Below are positions 26,781-40,755 of a stretch of 64,000 nt of DNA, in pieces. The notes below the pieces were generated by a model. It was given only the letters and a program-made list of their open reading frames with translations, had not been told where the DNA came from and did not search any database. Source of the stretch: Paraspadella gotoi (taxonomy: Eukaryota; Animalia; Chaetognatha). Both the position numbers and the translations under genes were made by a program. The stretch covers positions 23,118,350 to 23,182,349 of the forward strand of contig CM119266.1 in assembly GCA_051294375.1 (NCBI GenBank), given 5' to 3'. How positions within the stretch are numbered: position 1 is the stretch's first letter; every line of letters begins with the position of its first letter.

Positions 26781-27386
26781 ATCAATTAATCAACATTTCG
26801 GATCAAATTAATTAATTAATTGCCTAATTAATTAAATAATTAACTTGAATAAATTAATTATTAATTAAATAATTAATTAACTCAAATTAATTATTAATTA
26901 ATTAAATAATAATTAATTAAATATAATTAATTAATTACCGATAATGATCGTGGGCAGATTTGACATTGTTTGCTCAAACTTGTTAATTCATCGGTCCTAC
27001 CGTAAAATATGGTTCATAATCCACATCGAAATATAATAAATTATGCAAAAAATTAATATCCGCTCGTCGGATTATTATTACTTTTAGTAATATTATTTAT
27101 TTTAAAAATTTTCTATGCTTGTCTATGCTGGCCGTGATTACACCGGTACCGTCACCCTTTTCCGACGCGTAAAAAATTTTACCAAAAATGGTATAAGGGT
27201 ATAAACGTCGCTTCAGGCGATGCTACTATTATTACGTTTTATTCAAAACTATACAAAGGCGCATTGAATTAATCAAGGAGACTGTTATCTATATAAATAT
27301 TTAATATCTATATATAATTATATTTAAAACAGGCCTCTGTCTTTGGTAATTTTTATTTGTCAATAAAACATTTTATTTGTGCTCAG

Positions 27387-27554
27387 TCATTCAAATCTTG
27401 AGAAAATATAAAATTTACAGACGATGGCAAGGATTTCATCTTTTTGCTGCTGTTGTGGGCGTTTTTTCGCCGTTTATTACTATTATGGATTTAATTCCTT
27501 TCGATTGGATAAATGTTATCTCACCTAATAATATTGGATCTGCTCTCTTTGTAT
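27387..27554 (+). CDS. Exon of CNGK-like channel: S1 of next repeat
   Basis: ctcag/gtaagt, phase 1->1. IQILRKYKIYRRWQGFHLFAAVVGVFSPFITIMDLIPFDWINVISPNNIGSALFV shows an S1-like 'Y..W..F.....PF' pattern. Confidence 0.78.
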
Positions 27555-27674
27555 GTAAGTAGAGGGTCAAGCTTACCATGAAATGAATAAAAAATATCTT
27601 TAATGTTACATATTAAAAATTATCACTCTCAATTTTTCCATATTAAATGCATTTATTTTTTTCTTTTTTTTTAG

Positions 27675-27733
27675 TCAATCGTTATCCCAAATTTAACGAT
27701 TCGGGATTTATATTTGCACTAGTACTTACACAG
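27675..27733 (+). CDS. Exon of CNGK-like channel: S1-S2 loop and start of S2
   Basis: Strong polypyrimidine tract+ag and cag/gtaaga donor, phase 1->0. FNRYPKFNDSGFIFALVLTQ. Confidence 0.8.
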
Positions 27734-28894
27734 GTAAGAAATGATGTTAACTATTATTATAATTAACTTTATTACCACATTTTTTAAACATAGCCTTAAT
27801 CTCCAATTAATTCTCTTCACCCGTTTTTGACTTGCCTGTTGTTTTTCTTGTTGTTATCGCCCCGACTCTATAATTCCCTTTGTCGGTCCGTCGGTCCGCA
27901 ACCTCAATATTGTCGGGCACTAAATTATATCATGTCAGAACATCGAATTTTGATAAATTATGCAAAAAAAATTATTTCCGTCCGTCCGTCCGTCCGTCCG
28001 CCCGGTTTAGGGTTAGGGTTGAGTGAGAGGCTTGCTAGCTGCAAAAGGGGCCAAGTCGCCTTCCATCTTATTTGCTACTTTATTTTTGCATCACTTGGGT
28101 AAACTTTTTAAAGGTCAATATCTTGGGTAAAGATTAAAGATTTTAAAATCCCTGACAGTTCTATTTGTTTAACCAGATAGTAAAAATTTTATTAAAATTA
28201 GTTGGAGTAGTTTGATTAGGGCAATTTGGCTTTAAAAAATTATGAATTTTTTTAACTTGAAGCCTTTTGTAATTATATTTTTATAACCTAATCTTTATAA
28301 ACCAAATCAAAAAAATGTAATATTAAGGTTATTTGTAACTTTAATTTTGATTAATTTAAGTATGCTGCTGAATAACAGCTCATTTTTTTTCCAAAAATCC
28401 TGAATTTTTAAAACCGGAAGTGGGTTCGACGCAAAAACATAGCGTGGAAAATCCATAATGAGCATCCAGAAATTTTTTTATTGTGATTTTCGTTTTCTCA
28501 CATAAATTTGACACAAAGAAACTTTGCAGGTATCAGGAACTTTCATAAATGTATGATATTTTGAGAAGTCTGGGCGTGTCCAAAACTTTCATAAATGTAT
28601 GATATTTTGGGAAGTCTGGGCGTGTCCAAAACCGATAATGACGCTCAAAAACTGATAAAATACCGCAATATTAATAGTTTTTAATCTACTATAAATATAA
28701 TGGTTTTTTTATTGTCATATGATAGTTGTATCACAAAGAATTATCATATATTATCATAAAAAAAATAATAATAGCTCTAATAGACAAAATAAATATTAGT
28801 TACAAAAGATTCGTTTCTTAGTAACTGTTAAAATTCAGAATTAATATTATTTCATTATTCGGTGTTGAAGAGACATATGCACTTTTTTTTTACA

Positions 28895-29200
28895 AGGAAT
28901 AAAAAAATATTTAGTATTAAGCAATTTCGTGGTGGGATTTATAAGTATAATTTTCTCACTTTTTTGCCAACATTTTGATTCTTAGGAACTAATCATTTTT
29001 AAAGGCAGTCCCAGAGTAAAAGTAAATGTTCCAGAAAAAGTCAGGTAGAGAGAGAGAGAGAAAGAGAGAGAAGTAAAATACAAAAGAACTGCCTTGAAAA
29101 ATGATTTGTCCATAAGAATCAAAATATTAGCATGAAAGTAATAAAAATGAACTTGTAAATTCTACTATGAGTTGCTTAATACTAAATATTTGTTATTCCA
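28895..29200. mobile_element. Old MITE-like inverted repeat
   Basis: Imperfect inverted arms ~28895-29010 and ~29087-29200. Confidence 0.5.
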
Positions 29201-29342
29201 TGTCAAAACAATAAAATATTTAATAAATTTATATTGCTGTATTATTTATTATAATGAAACTTGATATGATATACTCAAGGTTTGAATAAGAGTCGTCTTA
29301 CTTCTAAAACCCTTGGGACTAAAGTTAAATGAAACTAAAAAG

Positions 29343-30966
29343 AAACAAGTTTGAGCAAACAATGTCGGATCTGCCTATCTGATAATTAATTAATTAATTA
29401 ATTAATTATTAATTTTTAATTAATTAATTATTAATTAATTATTTAATTAATTAATAATTAATTATTAATTATTAATTAATAATTAATAAATAATTATTAA
29501 TAAATAATTAATTAATTAATTTTTAATTAATTAATTAATTATTAATTAATTATTAATTAATTAATTATTTATTAATTATTAAATATTAATAAATAATTAT
29601 TATTAATTTATTAATTAATTTTTAATTATGTAATAATAATTAATTAATTATATTTTATTTTATGTCTCTTCTCTCTCTCTCTCTCTCTCTCTTTTTTATG
29701 CAATTGCGACGATTGCTTTTAAGATTTTTTTAACTTGCATCAATTTTTCAACTTGCATCATTTTTTCATTTTGCATCATTTTTTCAATTTGCATCATTTT
29801 TTCAATTTGCATCATTTTTTCAACTTTCATCATTCTTTCAACTTGCATCATTTTTTCAACTTGCATCATTTTTTCAACTTGGATAATTTTTTTTAAAATT
29901 GCATCATTTTTTCACATTAATTAATTAATTAATTAAAACATTTATTAGTAATCATTAATTCCATTTAAACTCATTTCCACTTGCACAATTCCGTCAAAAC
30001 TTTATATCTGGCTTCTTCTCACACTTTCCTACCGGCTCACAAATTTCATCTCAATCTATCATGGGTTAAAATAAATAAAAAGATTCAAGTAAATGTGACT
30101 CATATTTTTTCATTTAAACTCATTTCCACTCGCACGATTCCATCGAAAAATTTATATCCAGCTTCATCTCACACTGTCCTACCCACAACACAAAATTTCA
30201 TTCCAATCCAACCAGCCAATCACGAGTTATTGGAGCTTTTTGCTAAGGTGGGACGGATGGACGGATTAATTGACTGATTAATTATTGATTAATTGACTAA
30301 TTTATTAATTAACTGATTAATTATTTGATTTATTAATACATTCCTGCATATACATTTAATATAAAAGGAAAAAGAAGCATAATCATTTTTTTGTTTTTTC
30401 CATTTAAACTCATTTCCACTCAAACGATTCCATCGAAACTTGTTTTCCTGTTCACATCACACACTTTCCTACCCACATACAAAATTCTAGGTCAATTGCC
30501 CCATCCACTCCATGAGCAATTAATTAGGCAATTAGTTAATTAATTTGATTTGAAATGTTTGTTTTAAGTATTTTCGTCACTAACCATGACAAAAGCAATG
30601 ACGACGATGAGAATAATGCGATAACGATTGACTTGATTGATTGATTGAATAATCAAATAATAGATAAATGAATTGATTGATTAAATAATTAATTAATAGA
30701 TAAATAAATTGATTGATTGAATAATTAATTGATTGATAAATTGACTGATTAATTAATTATTGATTAATTAACTGATTTTCTTTTTCTCTTTTAATTATAT
30801 GTAGCTATCTCTCTTCCTTTTTCCCAGTGCTGATTCATCGGAAAAAAAACGAGTATGCAGAAGGCTTTTTCTCATCTTTCTCCTGCTGCTTCTTGCTGCT
30901 GCTTTTGATTTCTTTCTTTTTTTCTGGCTGTCTCTGCTGCTGCCGGCTGCTGATTCGTCCGAAAAC

Positions 30967-31040
<74 letters not shown>

Positions 31041-32236
31041 GCGTTTTTTGTTAAAAAAAAATTGAATTTGGATTGAACTCGTAAATTATGCATCGCATTC
31101 GTGCATGTTATCATTTTGCTATTGCACATCAAGTTTTAATTTCTTTTTTTTCCCTCTTCTCTCTCTCTTCTTCTCTCTCTCTTCGCAATTATGCAATTGC
31201 GACGATCCTTATGCTTTTAAGATTTTTTCAACTTGCATCATTTTTTCAACTTGCATAATTTTATTAAATTGCAACATTTTTCCACATTAATTAATTAAAA
31301 CATTTATTAGTAATCATAAATCATAAAGATTCAAGTAAATGTGACTTATGTTTTTTCCATTTAAACTCATTTCCACTGGCACAATTCCGTCAAACTTTAT
31401 ATCTAGCTGATTAATGAATTATTGATTAATTAATTGACTAATTGATTAATTAACTGATTAATTATTTGATTTATTAATACATCCTGCATATACATTTAAT
31501 ATAAAGGAAAAAGAAGCATAATCAATTAGTGAAACAGGTTTTTTGTTTTTTTCCATTTAAACTCATTTCCACTGGCACAATTCCGTCAAAACTTTATATC
31601 TAGCTGATTAATGAATTATTGATTAATTAATTGACAATTGATTAATTACCTTATTAATTATTTGATTTATTAATAACATCCTGCATATACATTTAATATA
31701 AAAGGAAAAAGAAGCATAATCAATTAGTGAAACAGGTTTTTTGTTTTTTTCCATTTAAACTCATTTCCACTCAAACGATTCCATCGAAACTTGATTCCTG
31801 TTCAATCACACACTTTCCTACCCACATATAAAATTCCAGGCCAATCGCCCCATCCACTCATGAGCAATTGGTGTTCAAATAGTGAATTATATTTTTTTGT
31901 TTTTTCCATTTAAACCAATTTCCACTCGCACGATTCCCTCGAAACTTCATATACATCTCAATCACACACTTCCTACCCGCACACAAAATTTCATTCCAAT
32001 CCATCATGCAATCACGAGTAATTGGTGTTTTTTGCTAAGGTGGGACGGACCGGACGGACGGAGCGGACGGACGGACAGACGGACGGACGGACATCAATTT
32101 TTTTGCATAATTTATCATAATTCGATGTTCTGACATGATATAAGTTAGTGCCCGACAATATTGAGGGGGCGGACCGACGGACCGACAAAGTGAGTTATAG
32201 AGTCGGGATCTGCTGATAAGCAGATCCGACTAAAAA
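29343..32236 (+). mobile_element. Complete HINE/DINE-1-like element (~2.9 kb)
   Basis: AAACAAG start; 5' subTIR GTCGGATCTGC (29364-29374) inverted to GCAGATCCGAC (32220-32230); 3' hairpin; internal GGAC, CT, TAAT and 18-bp repeats. Confidence 0.82.
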
Positions 32237-32237
32237 C

Positions 32238-32550
32238 TAATTAATAAAGTTTATACAGCTTATTAAAACTGATCCTATATTTGTATCAGATTTTAACAGT
32301 GAACATGTTTCAACTTTTAATTCAGTCTTCATCCACATTTATGAATTGTCAACAGTTTTTAACTTCACAGGAAATATTTGGGAGAGAGAGGAGAGAAAGG
32401 AAGAGAGAGTGAGAATTAGGTGAGAGTTAGGGAAGAGAGAGAGAGAGAAAGAGAGAGAGAAAAAATTTTCAACAAAGATTTGAGAAAAGGATAGAGGTCG
32501 AGGTGAAGGTTTATGTCACAGAGAGAGAGAAATAGATATTGAAAAAAAAA
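32238..32550 (-). mobile_element. Penelope-like remnant with degenerate hammerhead
   Basis: ACATGTTTC...GTCTTCATC at 32303-32333 followed by an AG-rich tract like that at 43790-43880. Confidence 0.5.
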
Positions 32551-33120
32551 CATTTTCACTGTTTAAAAAAAATTGTTGCTTGAACTACTTCAAACTCTTT
32601 CTAATTCAAAAACGTGACGAAAGAAATGATTTCACATAATGGTATAAATGATAATTTTTTTATTGCTGGATTAAAAGTTTTTTTAAGGAAAAGAAAAGAA
32701 AATTATAAATCTGATTAACTTTTTGATGCATGGATATTGTTTATCTTCTCCTTCACCTGGAAAAACTTAAAAATAGGGTATTCCCTCTAAAGATTTACAT
32801 AAAACTTTATGAAAAAAGGGTCTAACTTCCGGCTATAGTTTTTGAGCAAAAAAATGGTATGCCGGTAAAAAAATTACTGATGAAAAAAAATTAAATTAGT
32901 AAAAGGTATTAAAAATTAAAACCAGGAATTGTTAAAATTAGCAAAGTCTCATTAATTGAATAAAATCGAAATAAAATTTTGAATATTTCAAGTTAAAGTT
33001 ATAAGTCCTTTGGCTATTAAAAAACGAATCTTTTTAAGATGTAATAATTGATAAATATGATAGGATTTTTTTATGATATGGATTGTGGATAAGGCGCTAA
33101 GTGGGCTGAAGATGACTATC

Positions 33121-33368
33121 CGTAACTCTATAACCCCCTTTAGTAGCCATGGAACGGGGTCTGGGCTTGGAACCAGGCTTGAGGGGTTGCCACGCCCCCA
33201 AGGCGGCTTACGGCCGTCCTCACGCTTCCCGAAGGGTAGGTACCAGGTTGGGATTGAACCCGGTACCTAGTGGTCATGAGCTTATGGCTTTACTCAATGA
33301 GCCACCGGGTAAGGACTGAAGGCGTCATGCTTATAGGCGGGGTGAACCTAGGCAATGCCCGACTACAG
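33121..33368 (-). mobile_element. ~250-bp tRNA-containing repeat, family 2
   Basis: Reverse complement of 61582-61831 with the same boundaries; internal A and B boxes. Confidence 0.8.
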
Positions 33369-34919
33369 GATGATAATCCTTTGTGATAAAGCTGTCATAT
33401 AACAGTAAAAAACCATTAGCAGTCAGAATAGATCAAAAACTTTTAATAATACATATTTAATTGATTATCAAGCACTATTTCCGGTTTGGGACACGCCCAC
33501 TATTGATGAAAATCATTTTTTGAACATTTTTTGTGTAAGTACTACTTATTAAATAATTATACTAATTGCAGGATAAGTAAAAAACAACTGCCTAACTTTT
33601 CATTTGTAGTAAAAAGAAAAATTCCATATTTTAGTCCACGCCAACTTCCGGTAAATTGTGCGTAGGTCTAATGCAAAATCTGATTGACGAAACCTTGTTA
33701 ATCGTTTTAAGCACTTAAAATTATACTAGAAACTGTACAGGATTGTGAAAATTTTCGACTGCATGGTTAAAAAAAAACAGTGTATTTTTTAAACAACAAT
33801 GAAGGATCACCATTTGGTGATGGCTCACCTATACCTGGATATTGGGATTAAAGAGCCAAAATCCATGAAGGGTATAGGTTCCCAACTGATGACCTTCCCA
33901 TTGTATAAACATAAAAAATAAAAAATATTCAAAAAATAAATAATTAAAAAGTAGAATAAAGGAAAAAAAATTTTAATTAAAATATTTTAAAATTATATTC
34001 ATAACATAACGGTGCCCCTATAGACCTTTCCCCAGTATGTATCCCTATCAGAACATACAATTCTACATGGTCGTCTTATCCCTATTGGTAAAAAAATCAT
34101 ATATAACGTTGGCCCCCCTAAAAAAATTATCCATTCCCACCCCTTTCTGTTCAGCCTTTTAGATATAATGATTTTTCATTAATGACTTTCTAACAGAAAT
34201 ATGTGATATCTATTAGAAAACTGGGACAGATAGTAATCTAACCTTGTGTTGTATAGATGCTCCCTCTATTTCCAGAAGACAACACTGACTTCCCCTTCCC
34301 AAATTGAATTATTAGATAAATAAAACATTTTTAAAAAAGAAAGCAATATATATTTGTTTAAATAATATAGATTAAATACTAAATCCTTCATAAAATATAA
34401 AAATAGAAAATACTGAAACAAGTAATTTGAAAATTTTCATATTTCACCCTCAACCCAACAGAATAGAAATCAGTACAAGACCGCTGCAAATATATTTGAC
34501 TTCTACAGTTAGAGAAAACGAAGTAAAAAACGCAAAATAAAAAAAAATTTCAAAAGAAATCCGATTGAAAGCCATGTTTTCTTTTTAGTATTTTTTGCAC
34601 AAGACGGTTATGGATTTTTTTTGTTCCGGCGGCGTTGGATAGCCTAAACGCTGTAGTTTCAAAAACCATCCATAGTTTTGTAATATTTACTGCGCTACTG
34701 GTGCAAAAATTGCTAGGAACCAAAATTATCAGAAACCGCTTTGTTCTTTCAGATTTTTTTCTTTGCGCGGAATGACACATCTATTTTATTGACTCGGAGT
34801 TTATTTTTACTGGTCTTTTGTTTGACCATAGTTTAAATTTAGAGAGACATGATATGCCTTTTTTTTGGGTATTTTATACTCAATCTTAAACGTTTCGCCC
34901 TGTCTTTTGTTATTTGTTT

Positions 34920-35117
34920 TTTCGATTTAAACTCATTTCCACTCAGACGATTCCATCGAAACTTGATTTCCAGCTTAATCACACACTTTCCTACTCACAT
35001 AAAAAATTTAAAGTCAATCGTCCTAAAAAATGCCCGAAAAATTGAGGGGGCGGACCGAAGGACCGACAAAGTGAATTATAGAGTCGGAATCTGCTTATAA
35101 GCAGATCCGACTAAAAA
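34920..35117 (+). mobile_element. HINE 3' fragment
   Basis: 3' hairpin GTCGGAATCTGC..GCAGATCCGACTAAAA. Confidence 0.7.
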
Positions 35118-35377
35118 TGATTTGTAGGTACCGTAGTAACAGTTCAGTTTAATTCCTTGCAAGCGATTTACATGTACATGCGCAGCCATTGGTATGGTAT
35201 GGTACGATCTGTTATGATCCCGAATTGAAAGAATTATCGTCATTTATTAGCTGATTACCGCTTAATTATTGTAGGCAAATCCGACGTTGTTTTAACATCT
35301 GCACAAGTTGTTTGAAAGTTGAGATGTCTATTTAAATTGCTTTTTTTAATGAGTCCCTTTCCTTTTTACTGTTTCAG

Positions 35378-35568
35378 ATAGTGGTGCTAGTTGCACTTAT
35401 TGATCTCATTATTTGGGTGTATACTCCTGTAAAAACTGACTTTGGTATGGTTCATGTGCCACTAAAAGAAAAATGCCTAAGTCGAGAATTTTTCATAAGA
35501 TTTTCTAAAATGTTGTTCATCGCTATTATGTGGAGAAAAGTTGTAAAAGTTTTGCATCCATTATTAAC
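35378..35568 (+). CDS. Exon of CNGK-like channel: S2 and following segment (3' boundary uncertain)
   Basis: tttcag acceptor, phase 0. IVVLVALIDLIIWVYTPVKTDFG matches the S2 'ID...F.T....G' pattern. The donor at 35569 (gtatat) is weak but gives the phase needed by the next exon; an alternative donor lies at 35445. Confidence 0.65.
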
Positions 35569-35636
35569 GTATATTAAGGGCTATGGTATCGCTTTCTAAA
35601 ATAAAATCAAAACTTACCATTTTTTTATTATCTTAG

Positions 35637-35794
35637 TCGGAAACAGCACCTTATGCTCTTTATAATAACTGTATTGTTTGGAACTGTAATATTATGCGTA
35701 TATTTGCCAAGATATTGTTTCATGAACATTTATACTGATTTTCCAAATATTTCTCTTTGCAACTTGGTTGAAAAAAACTACGGCTTTGAGAATG
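35637..35794 (+). CDS. Exon of CNGK-like channel: S5 and start of turret
   Basis: tcttag acceptor. Open frame RKQHLMLFIITVLFGTVILCVYLPRYCFMNIYTDFPNISLCNLVEKNYGFEN. Donor gtctga is weak. Confidence 0.6.
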
Positions 35795-35996
35795 GTCTGA
35801 TAAACATTTTAAGATTTACATGACTCTTCTATGTTTTTTTACAATAGAAACTTTTTTGTTAGACTTGTAATGATGGAAAAAAAAATTGGAAAAATTATTA
35901 ATTTTATTGTCAAATACGTTTTTTTTATGGTGGACTAAAATCGGATCTGCTTATCAGCAGATCCCGACTTTTGCTACTAATTAGTAAGAAATATAG

Positions 35997-36188
35997 CTGT
36001 AGTCAGGCATTGCCCAAGTTCACCCCGCTTATAAGCATGACACCTTCAGTTGTGACCCGGTGGCTCCTTGACCAGTTGGTACCGAGTTCAACCCCAACCC
36101 ACTACCTACCTTGCAGGAAGCATGTGGACGGCTGGAAACTGCTTTGGGGGCGTGAAAAACTCTCAAGACTGGCTGTTAGGAGGGGTTA
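35997..36188 (+). mobile_element. Diverged copy of tRNA-containing repeat family 2
   Basis: Aligns with 61582-61820 with deletions. Confidence 0.75.
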
Positions 36189-38199
36189 AAAAAATATAAA
36201 ATTCAGGCAATGATAAGAATGGTGATGAATTTTTATAGTTTTTCTATTTTTATTATCAAAATTTTAATACTAACTTTTATTTAACTTGTTAAGTTTTATA
36301 AGAATCCATTCTTAAAAAATAAGATTAAAAAAAAATTATCAATTGTCATATAATAATAAATATTTAAAAGCTTCAGTGCAACAACCTAATGAACTAATTC
36401 AAAAAGTTGCATTGAAAATCGATTTTGTAGTAGAAGGAAAAAAGAAATTTTTTTGAGAGAGCAAGATGTTAAAGTGTTCAATCTTGGCCCGCCTTAGGTT
36501 CCGCGTACAAACGTTGCATTTAGGAAAAAAACGCCTCTTTCCACTATTGTTCAGTTGTTACTTACAATGTTGATTAACTTTGTACCACAACACAAATTAG
36601 GCCGAAAGAAGGATTGGTTAAAAACATCTCCACCCATTTCTAATGATAAAATAGTACCATTTTGGCAACTTTTAGCCAAAAAAATTATGTCCATTTTTGT
36701 CCATTTTTACTTATGACTTCTGATTTGAATGCCAAGGAAAGTTGAGAAAAATTTTTTACTTTGGAAATCCGTTCTTTCTTATCTTCTTTACCTCTGGGTA
36801 AATTTATTAGCTTAAATCATTTATAGTTTGCCTATGAATTAATTTTAAAGTTAACAAGTCAAAAAGTTGGAGTTTCAGTCTTTATCATAATTTGTTAAAC
36901 AAAAATAAATCAAATTGGTTGAAATTAACAGAAAATATAACCTATTGAATAAGCTTTTAACACCTATAAAATTATCAAAAAAACTTTTCTGGTTTAGCCA
37001 CAAATAATTTTTAAAGACGTCTTTTAATTTGTGACTTTTTGTGACTTGCATTTATTTTTGATAAAGAGAATATTTTCAACTCATTTATTAGTTTTAAAAG
37101 ATGAGGTATATACTGACCCTGATTAATCAAAAAAAACCGCATCCTTTTAATCCACTGGAAAGCATCAGGACTTGTTTTTTCTCAAAATCGACAGATTTTG
37201 CGGAAAAATTTTCCGCAAAATCTGTCAATTTACTAAATTTGCTAGGCAACCAAAATTGAAAGAAAAATCATGCGCTATCGTTGATTTTCTTTCTTATAAT
37301 GCATTTTAAATTTTTTCTTTGATTTGGCTCAATGTAAACGTAGTGAGAGAAAATAGGAAAGGGAAAACAATAGAAGGAGAAGGGGAGAGAATGAAAGAGA
37401 GGGTGAAAGGCAAAAAAACGAAGGCAAATGGGGAAAAAATAGTGAAACAATTGTAAGGTAAGAAAAGAGGGGAAAAATGGAAAGAAAAAGAGGGGAAAAA
37501 AGGGAAAGAATGAAAATAAGAAAAAAAGGTGAGGAAAGTGCATGAGTGACCGAAAAAGGTAGGGGCCAAAAAAATGGTAAGTGACAGCGTGAGAAGTAAG
37601 GGAGGAAAGAGGAAGAGGAAAATATAAAGTAAGAGAAGAAAAGAGGTCAAGAAAAATTATCAGGAAAAGCGTGTGAAAGAAAAAAAATTGTATCAGATAA
37701 TGTGGCGTCTTACCTAAAATCTTTTGTGTAAGTAAAAGACATGAGGATTCTTATAAGGAATTCGATCTCTAAAAATCATCTGTACCATAAAAATTCAAGC
37801 ATACTTTTTTTAAAAAATTAAGCAGTTAATGAGATTAGATTGACAAGCATTGAAGAAATCATGTCTTACCGTATTTTTAACTCATAGAAATTTACATTGG
37901 AAGTTCTAAGTGATAAGAAGGAGATAACTTGAGACTACCGTTTTTTTAAATGAAGAAAGCTTCGTACTAACCAATGAGATCAAGAAATATGGTAATTATT
38001 GAAGTTCAGATTTCGTTGTCTAAAAGACACTGATTGTATGCGAAACCCTTAGTATTCACCTTTAATAATGGGGGAAGAGATTGTAAAATTTCCGCACTCT
38101 TATGTTGGGCGTATTTTGCGTATTTAAACTTTTAAAGTTTTGAAGATCACAGAGATGAAAATAACCAACAAAATGTGTTCAATAAATTTGTTAAAATCC

Positions 38200-38964
38200 A
38201 AACGCTGACACTCCCCAGCAAATTACTTCCGGTTCCAGCAACCGCCGCCGCCGCTCGCGCACAAATCCTCGACGACCGAGCAGACGTTGCCCTCATGCAG
38301 CCTCTGCCAGCCGCTTGGCACGCGGCGCCACCCTCTCACATCCTTGAAACGCTCGCCGACGCCGACCGCGTCTACATCAGACGCGACGGCCACTCAACGC
38401 CGCTCCAACCCACGTCCGATGGCCCTTATATCGTGCGCGAACGAAGTTATCTCCGTTGATCGATTGAAGCCGGCCGTTACCGATGAAGCCGCGCCCCCAG
38501 ATCCTAATCAAGCACGCCCACGCGGCCGACCGCGCCACCCTTTAGCACACGCGCCCCCGTTAACGGATGCGGCACAACTCGCGTCCACCACGACGCCGCA
38601 AGTTGCTCGTCGACAATCATCATCAATCCCCGATCTTTTAAATGTTCTTCCGACAATGCTTCAGCCGCCGGAAGATGACGAAAACGACGACGCAATCCTA
38701 TAACTCTCTCAAGCCTTCTCCCCATTCGGTCGAAGCCTTGGTGGGGGGATGTGTGGAGCAACAACAACGACAATACGCAACCTTGATATTAGTGACTGAA
38801 TGACCTTACCCTCGTTCATTACCCTCTTTCTCTTTATGGTCATTGGTCAAACTTTGACTTTGTAAATTACTATGTAATAGACTTAGCATTTGAGCCTTTT
38901 ATTGTTATCGTTATTAACCTTGAAGAATAAAATCATTCTTACTCTGAAACTTGTTGCGTCCACA
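38200..38964 (+). mobile_element. Gypsy 3' fragment: integrase GPY/F region, PPT and 3' LTR
   Basis: ADRVYIRRDGHSTPLQPTSDGPYIV. PPT GGTGGGGGGA at ~38740-38749. LTR 38752-38964 runs TGTGGA...TCCACA and contains AATAAA. Confidence 0.85.
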
Positions 38965-40755
38965 ATCCCCCTCAAAAATAATAGTAGTGATTCCCCAAAA
39001 CAGATAAAAAATATAGTTTTCGTAAACAGAAATAGGGAGCAGTTGAAACTGTCCCCTTACAGCCCGTTCAAACTGAGCCTTTTTAAACTGCGTACAATTT
39101 TTTTTCCGTCATACCTAGTAGATAGGCAAGTTACCTAGTCGTTTATAATGTTATTTTAAATATTTTTACAATTACTGATAGGAAATGATGTCAATATTTT
39201 TATATTGTTGATGTAACATTTCAAATCAATAGATCCACGCGTTGAAAAATAATCTACAAAAAATGGTCATTTTTCACGCCCAAATTTTTAAAACAAATCT
39301 GCGTTCGATAAATTTTCTTTTTGGTTCCACTTAAATTTTTAGCTTTAGCTTAATTGGTAATAAAAAAATTGATTTTCTTTGATATCTTTTGAATAAAAAA
39401 TGATAGAACGATGATACTGATATCATATTAAGCTATATGGCATCTTTTCCATATAATTTTTCTCAAATGTTTCAAAAAATTTTTTAAAAATCTGGATCTG
39501 AATCTTAGTCAAAAGTATAACAACTTTTGAAATTAAATTAAACACACTTGGCCATATTTAAAAAAATAAATAAATATAGATTCTGAAAGAGAAAAAATTG
39601 AATTATGTTTCTGATATAAACAAAATTTTTTTATACCTCAAATGTTTATATAATTACAAAGGATAATGAATTATCATTTTGTTGAAAACAAAAAAAATTA
39701 AAAAATCTATGTAGGAACCTTAAAAAACATGATTTAAATATGAACATTTAGGAGTTCAAACTTTGTTCCGGCTGATTTAAAAACTACTGACAAAGGGCTA
39801 AAAGTCGGTATTATCAGATTTTTAAATTTTTGTCATCTTCAGGTGCAAATTAAAACCTTTGCATAATGCCCATTAGCTATATTAATATAAAAAAAATTAT
39901 TAAAAAAAGCACTTCAATCTTTTAATAACATGCTAATGCATGTAGCTTAGCCCGAAGTATAAATAAAAGAAATGATAAAGGACATCTTGTGCCCTCCCAA
40001 TTTTTTGAAACATGTGTAAAACTATTGCCTGAGATCGAAAAATCAAAAATTCACTTGGCCAATTTTTCCGTTTTATTGATTTTATACTGCGATAAGATGC
40101 AAAAAAATCGAAAAAAATAACAAATTTAAAGATAAAATAAAAGTTGTTAGAATTATTAATTTTAGTAAAATATAGCTAAATCCAAGTATTTAAAACTGTT
40201 TTCAACTAAATAAATGTAAAAAACTTGTATTAATTAATGTTTAAATATTAAAAACATATTGCATTTTTTGTAAAAAAATATAAAAATTGTAAAAAATAGG
40301 AAAGATGGTTAATCAGAGAGTTTTAATCAAATATATATGAAATAAGTAGTTATATAACTGTTTTCATTTTTAAAAATTTACTTTATTTATTAATTTTTAA
40401 TTAATACATAAAGTTTTACATTTTTTAAACCACAAAAAATAAAGCAAAATAATAAATTAAGGCGATCAGGAAATTAATGAATTTATGTATATAGTTAAAG
40501 GGTATTTCAAACTCTCATAACATAAACAAAAAGAAAAATAAATTGTCCTGTTAAAAAAATTCTTCCAAGGCAAGAGAGGTTTTATTTATGATACAAAAGG
40601 CATCAGGCCCTTGCACCCTCGGTGGCTATCTTACACTATTGATGCCTCTAAGTCAAGTTTGATATTCTTTTTTTCTTCTATTTTATGGATTTTGAGATGA
40701 GAACAGTGAGGTTTATTTTTAATATTTACAGAATATATTGTTTATAAATGTTTTA

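Noticed and set aside
27333-27345. 13-nt micro-exon (ag...gtaat) spliced to 27421
   Set aside because: Joining it creates an in-frame TGA, whereas the acceptor at 27386 gives a clean frame.
28004-28020. Interstitial telomere (TTAGGG)
   Set aside because: Only about two units; similar degenerate tracts at ~13815-13890 and ~17890-17985 look like transposon-internal low-complexity sequence.
40600-40700. Additional channel exon
   Set aside because: Short open frame with no convincing donor or motif, and the model does not need it for phase.
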